DNA of 20,000 nucleotides from an uncultured virus (IMG/VR IMGVR_UViG_3300047321_000100) (taxonomy: Duplodnaviria; Heunggongvirae; Uroviricota; Caudoviricetes). Below are positions 8,709-15,435 of the stretch, in pieces. Made by a program: the position numbers and the translations under genes. The stretch lies in the IMG/VR virus record IMGVR_UViG_3300047321_000100; one strand, written 5' to 3'. Positions within the stretch are counted from its first letter, which is position 1. The number at the start of each line of letters is the position of its first letter. The notes beneath the pieces were generated by a model that worked only from the letters and a program-made list of their open reading frames with translations, searched no databases and was not told the DNA's origin.

Positions 8709-8895
8709 TGCTGTCCTTGGGTTTCGGGCCGGGCTTGCCGCGCTGTTCCAGAGCGGTCAAGCGGCGCACAATGTCCAGCTTGTCGAGCGGCAAAGGATCA
8801 CCAGAACGCAGAATCGAAAGCTTCTCGATCTGACGCTTCAGTTCCCCCACTTGATTCTCAAGGTCCGCGACTTTCGCTTCCAAAGCGATGCTCAT
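8701..8895 (-). CDS. Small coiled-coil protein (hypothetical)
   Basis: 64 aa with an AAGGA RBS; LEAKVADLENQVGELKRQIEKL heptads; ends RGKPGPKPK. Confidence 0.65.
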   Translation of the reverse strand: MSIALEAKVADLENQVGELKRQIEKLSILRSGDPLPLDKLDIVRRLTALEQRGKPGPKPKDSNG

Positions 8896-8941
8896 CAGGA
8901 ATTTCCTTTCTTGTGGCTCGGCAGCACGCGGAATAATCCGC

Positions 8942-10249
8942 TCAAATCACGCCCAGCTTCGGATAAACGAGCGGCTTCATTTCCACCGGCTCTGACCAGA
9001 TCACCATGCCAAGCCCGAACGCATCGCTTCCGTGGCTCGACCAGTCATGCTCAGGGCCAAGCCCGATGCCGCGTTCCTGGTCGCGCTTTTCGTGATACCA
9101 GCCGAGCGCTGCACGTCCCGCTTCGGTCGTCATTTCGTTGAACCTGACCTGCGGGAACAGCACGCGAGCCCGCTCAATACGCGCCATCGCAGCGCCTTTG
9201 CCCTGATTCGGGACGACTGTCACCGAATAGCCGGCCTTCTTCAGCGCCGACTCATACGACACGTCATAAACCTTGTCCTGCGTCGATCCATCGTGCGGAA
9301 GCCAGAACTGCGCTCTATCGGGCGTGTAGCCTTGAGCACGGCACCAGGCAATGTGCGCATCAACAGGCTGCCCAACGGCTTCGTAGTAGTTCACAACGCG
9401 TATCTCGCGGCCGATGAACTGCATAGCCCAGATCGAGAACGCATCAGCACGCGCGCCAGTTCCGCCGATGTCGCATATCAGGCGGATCGTCATCAGCGGA
9501 TCGGCCGGGAAGAAGCCGATGCGGCCTTCCTCTTTCGCCTTCTGCAAGTGCCTGGCGAAGTACGCGCCCTCAAGCGCCGTCACGTAGCCGCCTTCCCAGA
9601 TGTGGTCGTACTGCTCGGGCCGTTCTTCCAAGTCGCGCTGTCTGTCGCGCTCCAGCTTGGCCGGAAACTTCGGGTTGTCGCGCCAGTTCAGTTCCACGCC
9701 CTTAATGCGGGCATCCGAACTTCCGCGGAATCGCTTCTCGACCGGCGCTGCCTTGCGCTTCGGGTTCCACGTTACCCACAACTCAGCGTTCCAGCCTTCG
9801 CCTTCCTCACGCAGCGTAGGAATCAGCGTCGTCCACGCTTCGTCTGTCACCGGCTCGGCTTCGTCCACCCAGCACACGAGAATCCGGCCTTTCGACTTGA
9901 TGCTCGCAATGTTCCGGTCCAGCCCGGCGAACACAAACGAGATTCGACCGTCGCGCGACTTGATGTAGTTGTCGCCGATGTCGTAATAAGACTTCAGGAA
10001 CGGTTCATCTTCGATTGCCCGCTTGCACTCTTCCAGCGAGGAATCCAAAAGCGAGTTCATGAACTGCCGGGCGCACAGCAGAATCCCGCTGATGCCCGAC
10101 ATACCGAAGATGTAGCCCTTTACCGCAACCATCTTGGCGAAGCTGCGCGTCTTGCCACTGCCGCGGCCACCGTGGGCGTACCGAACGTCTGCCTCGCCGG
10201 TGAAGATCGGCCGCAGCTTACTCGGCAGCTTGACCTGAGCCGTCGTCAT
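8942..10249 (-). CDS. terL: Terminase large subunit (PBSX/Terminase_3-like)
   Basis: Walker A GGRGSGKT, Walker B CWVDEAE, motif III WNP, nuclease DIG and HDWSSHGSDAF. Start taken at ATG 10249. Confidence 0.95.
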   Translation of the reverse strand: MTTAQVKLPSKLRPIFTGEADVRYAHGGRGSGKTRSFAKMVAVKGYIFGMSGISGILLCARQFMNSLLDSSLEECKRAIEDEPFLKSYYDIGDNYIKSRDGRISFVFAGLDRNIASIKSKGRILVCWVDEAEPVTDEAWTTLIPTLREEGEGWNAELWVTWNPKRKAAPVEKRFRGSSDARIKGVELNWRDNPKFPAKLERDRQRDLEERPEQYDHIWEGGYVTALEGAYFARHLQKAKEEGRIGFFPADPLMTIRLICDIGGTGARADAFSIWAMQFIGREIRVVNYYEAVGQPVDAHIAWCRAQGYTPDRAQFWLPHDGSTQDKVYDVSYESALKKAGYSVTVVPNQGKGAAMARIERARVLFPQVRFNEMTTEAGRAALGWYHEKRDQERGIGLGPEHDWSSHGSDAFGLGMVIWSEPVEMKPLVYPKLGVI

Positions 10250-10532
10250 CAAGGTCAACCAGTTCGATGCGTGTCACGAGCGGCCCACCGTCCGCACCTG
10301 TGATTTCGGCTTGGACGCTAGACAGCTTTGCATGTATGTAAGGCGCCGCATCGCGAGCGAATGAAGCCGCGGTCTTGAGATCGCCAGCGTCGCGCGCGGA
10401 ATTCATCGCCTCTAGCATCACCTCGAGCGGCGTAATCCCGCCTTGCAAAGCCTTTTCCGCAACCTCTCGCGTCTTCTGCGTCACAGCGCCCGGCTTCCTG
10501 CCGGCGCCTTCTCTTTTCCCGCCTCGGGTCAT
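10218..10532 (-). CDS. terS: Terminase small subunit
   Basis: 104 aa; RGGKREGAGRKPG N-terminus, ITPLEVMLEAM, AAPYIHAKL, EITGADGGPL; overlaps the terL start; AAGGA RBS. Confidence 0.85.
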   Translation of the reverse strand: MTRGGKREGAGRKPGAVTQKTREVAEKALQGGITPLEVMLEAMNSARDAGDLKTAASFARDAAPYIHAKLSSVQAEITGADGGPLVTRIELVDLDDDGSGQAAE

Positions 10533-10568
10533 TTTGATTTCCTTTGATTAAGTTCTAGGAAATCAAAA
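10532..10568. repeat. Perfect 12-bp inverted repeat spanning the GIY-YIG stop and the terS RBS
   Basis: TTTTGATTTCCT (10532-10543) and AGGAAATCAAAA (10557-10568) with a 13-nt loop. Confidence 0.85.
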
Positions 10569-11085
10569 GCTCGACGCCATGCCGACGCACAGCTTTCTTA
10601 ACCGCTTCCGCCCCGCAATCACTGACGAGCCCGCGAATCGTATGAAGCAGCAAATGCGTGACATCGCGCTCAAGTACAAACAGATTCCCGAACTTGTTGT
10701 ATTCCCTCAGCGCTCGAGACAGCGCCGGCGAAATCTTCAAGAGACTGCTGAGCGACCAAGAAGTCTTCTTCTGGCGAATTGCTCGGGGAATCCAAACGCC
10801 GCCCGGCGCAATGTTTGTCAAGTTCTCAAGACCGATGCTCGAGATCAGGTCTTTCTCAACTGCGTATGCTTCTGCTTCATCGCGGAACCGCTCGATGATT
10901 TCCTTTTCAATCTGAAGTCCCGCGGCCCAGATTTCGCGGATCAGCTCGCACTTTGGCGAATGAACTCCCTTCTCGGCCTCTTTCTCGTGAGCGTCAATCC
11001 TCTTTCCCTGGCCCTTGCCGATGTAGAAGATCTCGCTCGAACGAGGATCGCGGAGTTCGTAAACGTAATATTTCGCTTCAGGCAT
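10555..11085 (-). CDS. GIY-YIG family nuclease (LEM-3-like bacterial/phage subgroup)
   Basis: YYVYELRDPRSSEIFYIGKGQGKRIDAH, a conserved Glu in EAYAVEKDLI, and LTNIAPGG. Start taken at ATG 11085; 11097 is an alternative. Confidence 0.85.
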   Translation of the reverse strand: MPEAKYYVYELRDPRSSEIFYIGKGQGKRIDAHEKEAEKGVHSPKCELIREIWAAGLQIEKEIIERFRDEAEAYAVEKDLISSIGLENLTNIAPGGVWIPRAIRQKKTSWSLSSLLKISPALSRALREYNKFGNLFVLERDVTHLLLHTIRGLVSDCGAEAVKKAVRRHGVELLIS

Positions 11086-11116
11086 ATCGAGCCGCATCCC
11101 TTTCGGGGTAGCGCTC

Positions 11117-11254
11117 CTAGTGAATGCGCCGTATCCAGCGCCAAAGCGTCGCCGCTCCCATGATTACTGCTGCGAATGCCGCAGCAAGTACAAATCCGAT
11201 CAGCCAGCCCAGTCCGATGCCGATCAGTTCGGCAGCGACGCGAGACTTGTTCAC
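11117..11254 (-). CDS. Putative 45-aa single-pass membrane peptide
   Basis: Manual translation from a GTG overlapping the upstream TGA (GTGA): MNKSRVAAELIGIGLGWLIGFVLAAAFAAVIMGAATLWRWIRRIH*; below the ORF-track cut-off. Confidence 0.55.
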   Translation of the reverse strand: MNKSRVAAELIGIGLGWLIGFVLAAAFAAVIMGAATLWRWIRRIH

Positions 11255-11406
11255 GAGCCCATCTTTTCCCAGGCATCATGCGAGCCCGGATGCTTTGAAT
11301 CGTTGTGCGTCGCCGTGCGTTGACCGCGCTCGGGCATCTTCTTCTTGCCCATCGGAGGCGGAGGAGCCTTCGGCACCGGTTTCGTCTTGCTCGTGAACTT
11401 GGCCAT
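11251..11406 (-). CDS. 51-aa Lys/Pro-rich basic peptide
   Basis: GGAG RBS, ATG 11406; MAKFTSKTKPVPKAPPPPMGKKKMPERGQRTATHNDSKHPGSHDAWEKMGS. Confidence 0.65.
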   Translation of the reverse strand: MAKFTSKTKPVPKAPPPPMGKKKMPERGQRTATHNDSKHPGSHDAWEKMGS

Positions 11407-11407
11407 G

Positions 11408-11581
11408 TCAGGCTCCAGAAATGTATGATCGACCCACCTGTGGCGCATAACAGAAGTGCGCCCAGTCGGTGAAAGCCTGCGACGGCGTAAATCCCCAACC
11501 ACAGCCTCGCACGCCACGCATTGCACACGCCCAGTTACCCCTTAGCATGCGAATGTGAGGTATACGCTGACCGCGGATCAT
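11408..11581 (-). CDS. 57-aa small phage protein (PHI...W.C...G.G.TP..A...W pattern)
   Basis: Manual translation from an ATGA overlap with the upstream gene: MIRGQRIPHIRMLRGNWACAMRGVRGCGWGFTPSQAFTDWAHFCYAPQVGRSYISGA*; fills the gap exactly. Confidence 0.6.
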   Translation of the reverse strand: MIRGQRIPHIRMLRGNWACAMRGVRGCGWGFTPSQAFTDWAHFCYAPQVGRSYISGA

Positions 11582-12621
11582 TTCTTCTTCCGCAGGTAGG
11601 TCAGATAGTCAGCGCCTTGCTCAGCGTCCCAGAAGATTTTGACCAGATCGGGATGCGTCGCCGGCAGCTTCGGGTTAATCACTGTCACCGCACATGGCGA
11701 GATATGCTGGTCCTTGAATCCTCTCTCGCGCGCGTACCGGTCGAATATCTTGTAGCTCGCGATCTGCACCGCGTGCATCGTGATTCCGCTGTCAGGATCC
11801 TTCAGCACGCCATAGCCTGAAACGTGCTTGTGACCGCAGATAGCGACGTGGTCACGAATCCCCATGTGCAGAGCCTTGGTCGGCCCATGCGCAGGGTTGT
11901 ACATCGAATGCCCCGCAAAGTCGTGCCGTGCGTTGATGCGCACAACTGCCTTGTTGGGGAAGTTCAGCGCCAAACGAACCTCGCTGTCCTGATACAGAGC
12001 CCCAGCCTGCTGCGTGATCCAGCGGATCGGATCACCGCTACCCGACCAGGCGTCGTGATTGCCGCCAATCAGATATAGCCATGGAACGCCGTTCAAGAAC
12101 CATTCCGCGAGCTGCCATGCTTCCGCGGCGCTCGTGCTCTGGTCTGCATAAAGCCTTGCGAGGCGTCCTACCCAGTTATTCGTCGTGTCCCCGATGTTGG
12201 CGCCATACAGGCCCTCCACCTTGCGGCAGAGTTCCATGTGCCGCTCAACCAGGCTCAGATCGGTGCCGTCGTCGTCCACGTGCGGATCGCCGAAGTGCAG
12301 AATGCCGATTGGCCCGTCGATCTTGATCTTGACCTGAATCAGCCCGCGCGTTTCTTCGTGCTTCTTCTTCTGGCTGTATTGCTGCTTGCGGCGCTCGATC
12401 AGTTGCTCGATCGGCACATGCACCGGCTCGGGGTGCTTGATTTCGAATTCCTGCGTCTTGATATGCCCCACATATCGCCCCGCCTCGGCTGCCTTGAGAC
12501 GGTCGGTATATGTGCTAGGAGCCATCCCCAGCGCCACCGCCGCGGCAGCTTTCGTGCCGTGAATCTTGTACGCAGTCAGAACCTCATGCGCCTGCTCTGC
12601 GGTGATGGGGTGTGCTGGCAT
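11578..12621 (-). CDS. Calcineurin-like metallophosphoesterase with an N-terminal Fis-like HTH
   Basis: Complete motif set GDPH, IGDTTN, GNHD, RHD, GHKH; N-terminal HGTKAAAAVALGMAPSTYTDRL helix-turn-helix. Confidence 0.85.
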   Translation of the reverse strand: MPAHPITAEQAHEVLTAYKIHGTKAAAAVALGMAPSTYTDRLKAAEAGRYVGHIKTQEFEIKHPEPVHVPIEQLIERRKQQYSQKKKHEETRGLIQVKIKIDGPIGILHFGDPHVDDDGTDLSLVERHMELCRKVEGLYGANIGDTTNNWVGRLARLYADQSTSAAEAWQLAEWFLNGVPWLYLIGGNHDAWSGSGDPIRWITQQAGALYQDSEVRLALNFPNKAVVRINARHDFAGHSMYNPAHGPTKALHMGIRDHVAICGHKHVSGYGVLKDPDSGITMHAVQIASYKIFDRYARERGFKDQHISPCAVTVINPKLPATHPDLVKIFWDAEQGADYLTYLRKKK

Positions 12622-12628
12622 GTCGGAC

Positions 12629-12835
12629 TCAGGAATTTAGTTTGGCTGCCCACTCCCCGCACCATCCGTCTCGTGCGGTGACTGGTAAATGGCTATCAAC
12701 GCCACCTTCAGCTATGTCAAACAGCGGAACAGGCGGATAGCGGCGGCAGAATTCAACCTCGTTCGTTGCCTTGAAGTACCGGCATGTCTCGCAACGCTGT
12801 ACAGGCTCGTCCAGAACCTTCTTGCGGCTCACCAT
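12629..12835 (-). CDS. Small four-cysteine metal-binding phage protein
   Basis: 68 aa from ATG 12835; CETCRYF...CRRYPP...WCGEW; first gene after tR'. Confidence 0.7.
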   Translation of the reverse strand: MVSRKKVLDEPVQRCETCRYFKATNEVEFCRRYPPVPLFDIAEGGVDSHLPVTARDGWCGEWAAKLNS

Positions 12836-12846
12836 TCCGATCCCCC

Positions 12847-12882
12847 AAAACAAAATGCCCGCGCAGCTTTCGCTTGGCGGGC
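12847..12882 (-). terminator. tR'-like terminator in the late leader
   Basis: Minus strand GCCCGC-CAAGC-GAAA-GCTGC-GCGGGC followed by ATTTTGTTTT. Confidence 0.75.
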
Positions 12883-12912
12883 TTCTGGAGGCAGTAATTC
12901 AGCCTCTATGAA

Positions 12913-12969
12913 ATAGTACCTTTAAGCGGTTATTTCGGAAACCGTAGAATCGGAAACCATAATGGTTTC
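12913..12969 (-). promoter_or_regulatory. pR'-like late promoter with candidate Q-binding repeats
   Basis: Minus strand TTTCCG (12941-12936), 17 nt, TACTAT (12918-12913). TCGGAAACC direct repeat at 12935 and 12950; GAAACCAT-A-ATGGTTTC palindrome at 12953-12969; lies between the Q-like gene and a terminator. Confidence 0.6.
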
Positions 12970-13332
12970 TCCATACACCATGCGCCGATATGACCGGTGC
13001 GTGTCTTCCCGTACCTTACGCAGTGCCTTGTAAAACGCCTGCGTCGTGAAGCCCATTTCCGAGGCGATCAACTTTACCGGCCGCACACCGTGCAGGTAGT
13101 ACAGGTAGAACGCCATCTTCCCTTTCCCCTCTGGCTGCGACAGCAGAGCCAGATTGAAGTAGGAAAGATCGGCGCTCAGGATCGCGTCAGGGGCTTCGCG
13201 GACCGGTTGCGGGCGCATGCGAGCCAGGATGTTCTGCGGGATCGGCGGCGCAAACAGCCGGCGCGAGCGATGCCACTGTGCCCACTGCGAGCAGAAGTCA
13301 TCGAGTCGCTGATTGTCGTCGTTGGTTTCCAT
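12922..13332 (-). CDS. Late-gene regulator, antiterminator Q-like
   Basis: 136 aa; LDDFCSQWAQW N-terminal pattern, FYLYYL and a C-terminal HTH (VKLIASEMGFTTQAFYKAL); last gene of the early operon, followed by a promoter and terminator. Confidence 0.7.
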   Translation of the reverse strand: METNDDNQRLDDFCSQWAQWHRSRRLFAPPIPQNILARMRPQPVREAPDAILSADLSYFNLALLSQPEGKGKMAFYLYYLHGVRPVKLIASEMGFTTQAFYKALRKVREDTHRSYRRMVYGETIMVSDSTVSEITA

Positions 13333-13333
13333 G

Positions 13334-13501
13334 TCATCCCCGTTTAAGAACTGGCGGTGTCCATCTGAAAGTAGCCGCGCGCTTTGCTTGAACTTCGTCC
13401 CATAGCGCCTCTATGGCGTTAGCGTCGAGTTTCTTCTTGCCGCCGCGTGTTCCTGCTTTGGATTGTTCGGCTGGAGTGGGAATGCGGGCTGAGCCTTTCA
13501 T
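13334..13501 (-). CDS. 55-aa hypothetical protein
   Basis: Manual translation, ATGA overlap upstream and TGAC-ATG junction with Q: MKGSARIPTPAEQSKAGTRGGKKKLDANAIEALWDEVQAKRAATFRWTPPVLKRG*. Confidence 0.6.
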   Translation of the reverse strand: MKGSARIPTPAEQSKAGTRGGKKKLDANAIEALWDEVQAKRAATFRWTPPVLKRG

Positions 13502-13686
13502 TTCAGGACCGCCGGGAATAGTTCGTCGCCCCTATATTCGAGAATCAGATTGCTCACCTCATACGATCCCAGAGCATTGCCAGCCGGCTTAAGGTTTTCC
13601 TTCGACCATGCGCTCAATGCATATGCCTCAAGCGGCGTCTCCGGAACAATTGACAAAATCCCCTTGGCGCTCATTTCTGCTTTCAT
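13498..13686 (-). CDS. Hypothetical protein (nin region)
   Basis: AAGGAG RBS, ATG 13686; MKAEMSAKGILSIVPETPLEAYALSAW. Confidence 0.65.
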   Translation of the reverse strand: MKAEMSAKGILSIVPETPLEAYALSAWSKENLKPAGNALGSYEVSNLILEYRGDELFPAVLK

Positions 13687-13723
13687 CACTTGCTCTCCTT
13701 AGTCACGCCTCGCCAGTAGTCCA

Positions 13724-13963
13724 TCACAGCCCCTTCCCGCAGAGATAGGCCCACTTGGCCCAAGCCATCGCGAGAGGATCGCCAGCGCGATTGATAGCCT
13801 TCTCCAGCGTCAGATCAGGCTCAATGCTGCGATCCATGTTTCGAACCGTCAGCCCGCTGTACGCACAGAAATGCCCAAAATCCGCCTCAAACTTCTCCCA
13901 CTGCTCGTGCGTCAGGCGAGCGCGGGCGATGGCGAGGGATTCGGTGGGGTCGCCGTAGCACAT
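13724..13963 (-). CDS. Hypothetical protein (nin region)
   Basis: 79 aa from ATG 13963, two bases after the upstream stop; MCYGDPTESLAIARARL...WAKWAYLCGKGL. Confidence 0.6.
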   Translation of the reverse strand: MCYGDPTESLAIARARLTHEQWEKFEADFGHFCAYSGLTVRNMDRSIEPDLTLEKAINRAGDPLAMAWAKWAYLCGKGL

Positions 13964-13965
13964 GG

Positions 13966-14283
13966 TCAGGCAGCCTTGCGGTACTGTGCTTCGTATTGAC
14001 TCTTGCTCATCTGACGCATGACCGATGCGCTGCGAAGATTCGGGCTGTAATCGCTCATGCGTCCATGGAACGGCTGCATGTAGCAACGCGCGGCCCTATC
14101 GCGCTCCTTCGCGCCCTGGTGCGGCATGTACTTGCTGACACGCTTCGGGCGACTGCTCGGCGCTATACGGTGGCGCTTAGCGCTCACAGGTCTAGCCCTC
14201 TCAAGCGATACAACGTCGTGAAAACTATTCGACATTGAGTTCATCAGTCCAATTGCAGCGCTGAGAATTGCGATTCGCTTCAT
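13966..14283 (-). CDS. Basic hypothetical protein (nin region)
   Basis: 105 aa, GGAG RBS, ATGA overlap; SKYMPHQGAKERDR motif; ends RKAA. Confidence 0.65.
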   Translation of the reverse strand: MKRIAILSAAIGLMNSMSNSFHDVVSLERARPVSAKRHRIAPSSRPKRVSKYMPHQGAKERDRAARCYMQPFHGRMSDYSPNLRSASVMRQMSKSQYEAQYRKAA

Positions 14284-14609
14284 GTGTTCTTCTCCAAAAT
14301 GTGGTTGGGCTTATTTGTATTCGCCGCCAGCCGCGTCACGCACAGCACCGCCTCTTCTGGCGTCTCGACGGTGTAGATTGGGCCTGTCCATGCTGCGTGA
14401 AACTCGGCTTGTGCGGGGGTGAGCTTCCTGTCCGACTTCGGCTTGGACGGGTCTTTCACTTCGATCAGACACGTGCGGCCGCGGTAGTCCACGATCAGAT
14501 CAGGTACACCCTGGCCGATCGTGTGGGTGCAGACGACAGAGCAGCCGATCTCGCGCAGGGCTTTAACGATGGCAGGCTGGTTGCCGTCAGCGCGCCGGGC
14601 GTATTTCAC
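14280..14609 (-). CDS. PD-(D/E)xK nuclease, VRR-NUC / Holliday-junction-resolvase-like
   Basis: DGNQPAIVKALREIG, GVPDLIV, LIEVK, KLTPAQAEF motifs. Confidence 0.8.
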   Translation of the reverse strand: MKYARRADGNQPAIVKALREIGCSVVCTHTIGQGVPDLIVDYRGRTCLIEVKDPSKPKSDRKLTPAQAEFHAAWTGPIYTVETPEEAVLCVTRLAANTNKPNHILEKNT

Positions 14610-14947
14610 CAGATCACCCCGTCAGCGTGCAGCATCACCAGAGAGCGGATATGCGCTCCGTGCCATGCCTTCTCGACATCGCCGTATGTCACACCAGCAG
14701 GCACCTTTCGCTGCCCGTCATAAATCGCATCGCAATGCGTGCAGGCATATGCGCCGCAAAGGTCGTCAGCCTTCAGCGACATGCCCTTCCCACCTGCCTC
14801 GCCGCGGTAGTGACTCCAGATGGTCGATTCCGTGCCTCCGCAGCAGCCCGGCAACTTCATCAGGCATTCTTTCCCGCGCGCAGACTCACGGATCTTCTTG
14901 TTGCGATAGGTGACGTTCTTCGGGAAGCCAACGACGCGCGCAGTCAT
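14606..14947 (-). CDS. DUF1364 (YbcO-like) zinc-binding nuclease-fold protein
   Basis: RESARGKECLMKLPGCC...STIWSHYR...GMSLKADDLCGAYACTHCDAIYDG. Confidence 0.85.
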   Translation of the reverse strand: MTARVVGFPKNVTYRNKKIRESARGKECLMKLPGCCGGTESTIWSHYRGEAGGKGMSLKADDLCGAYACTHCDAIYDGQRKVPAGVTYGDVEKAWHGAHIRSLVMLHADGVIW

Positions 14948-15435
14948 GCTGCAGCTCCGAAAAATGCTTCGACCAGCGGGTCGCGGAACGCCTTGAACGG
15001 CTTGGCTGCATGCTCAGCAAGCTTCGCCTCGCGCTCGGCCCGCTCTGCCGCGAAATCACTTACAGCGTTCTCGCCGAAGCCGACAACCCACAAGGAAGCG
15101 TCACTGCCGCGGCCCAAGGTCTCGCGGAATCCGGCGACATGGCACAAGCCTTCGTCATGTGCGCGGCTCAACAGAGAGCACGTCGCGCTGCGCGTCATGC
15201 CGAGTAAATCGGCGATTTCCGACGACGACCGCGGTGTATCGTCCAGCACGGACTCCAGCTTGGAAAGCGCTACCTCATGTAGATCCGGGCGCTTCAGACC
15301 CATCGCCGCGCCCTTCTTCAGCACTCCTTGAACCGGACGCCCCAACATGTCTGCGATCTCTTGGACTGGCCGGTCTGTCGGGTAAAAATCCGACATGATC
15401 TTTTTCTCTTCAGGTGTCCAACGCTTTCCCATCAT
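14944..15435 (-). CDS. Putative DNA-binding protein with two HTH-like segments
   Basis: KRWTPEEKKIM...QEIADMLGRP and SSSEIADLLGMTRS; C-terminal FRDPLVEAFFG; ATGA overlap with the helicase stop. Confidence 0.7.
   Translation of the reverse strand: MMGKRWTPEEKKIMSDFYPTDRPVQEIADMLGRPVQGVLKKGAAMGLKRPDLHEVALSKLESVLDDTPRSSSEIADLLGMTRSATCSLLSRAHDEGLCHVAGFRETLGRGSDASLWVVGFGENAVSDFAAERAEREAKLAEHAAKPFKAFRDPLVEAFFGAAA

Noticed and set aside
3985..10303. Long plus-strand ORFs (3985-5121, 5488-6243, 6393-7502, 7641-8393, 9032-10303)
   Set aside because: They are antisense shadows of capsid, scaffold, portal and terL, expected from GC-rich codon bias. No recognisable motifs.
10532..10557. Readthrough fusion of GIY-YIG to TerS
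   Set aside because: 22 nt separate the TAG from the terS ATG, so they are out of frame.
10941..11528. 195-aa minus-strand ORF and the extended 91-aa ORF in the track
   Set aside because: The interval is better tiled by three short coupled ORFs with overlapping or adjacent start/stop signals.
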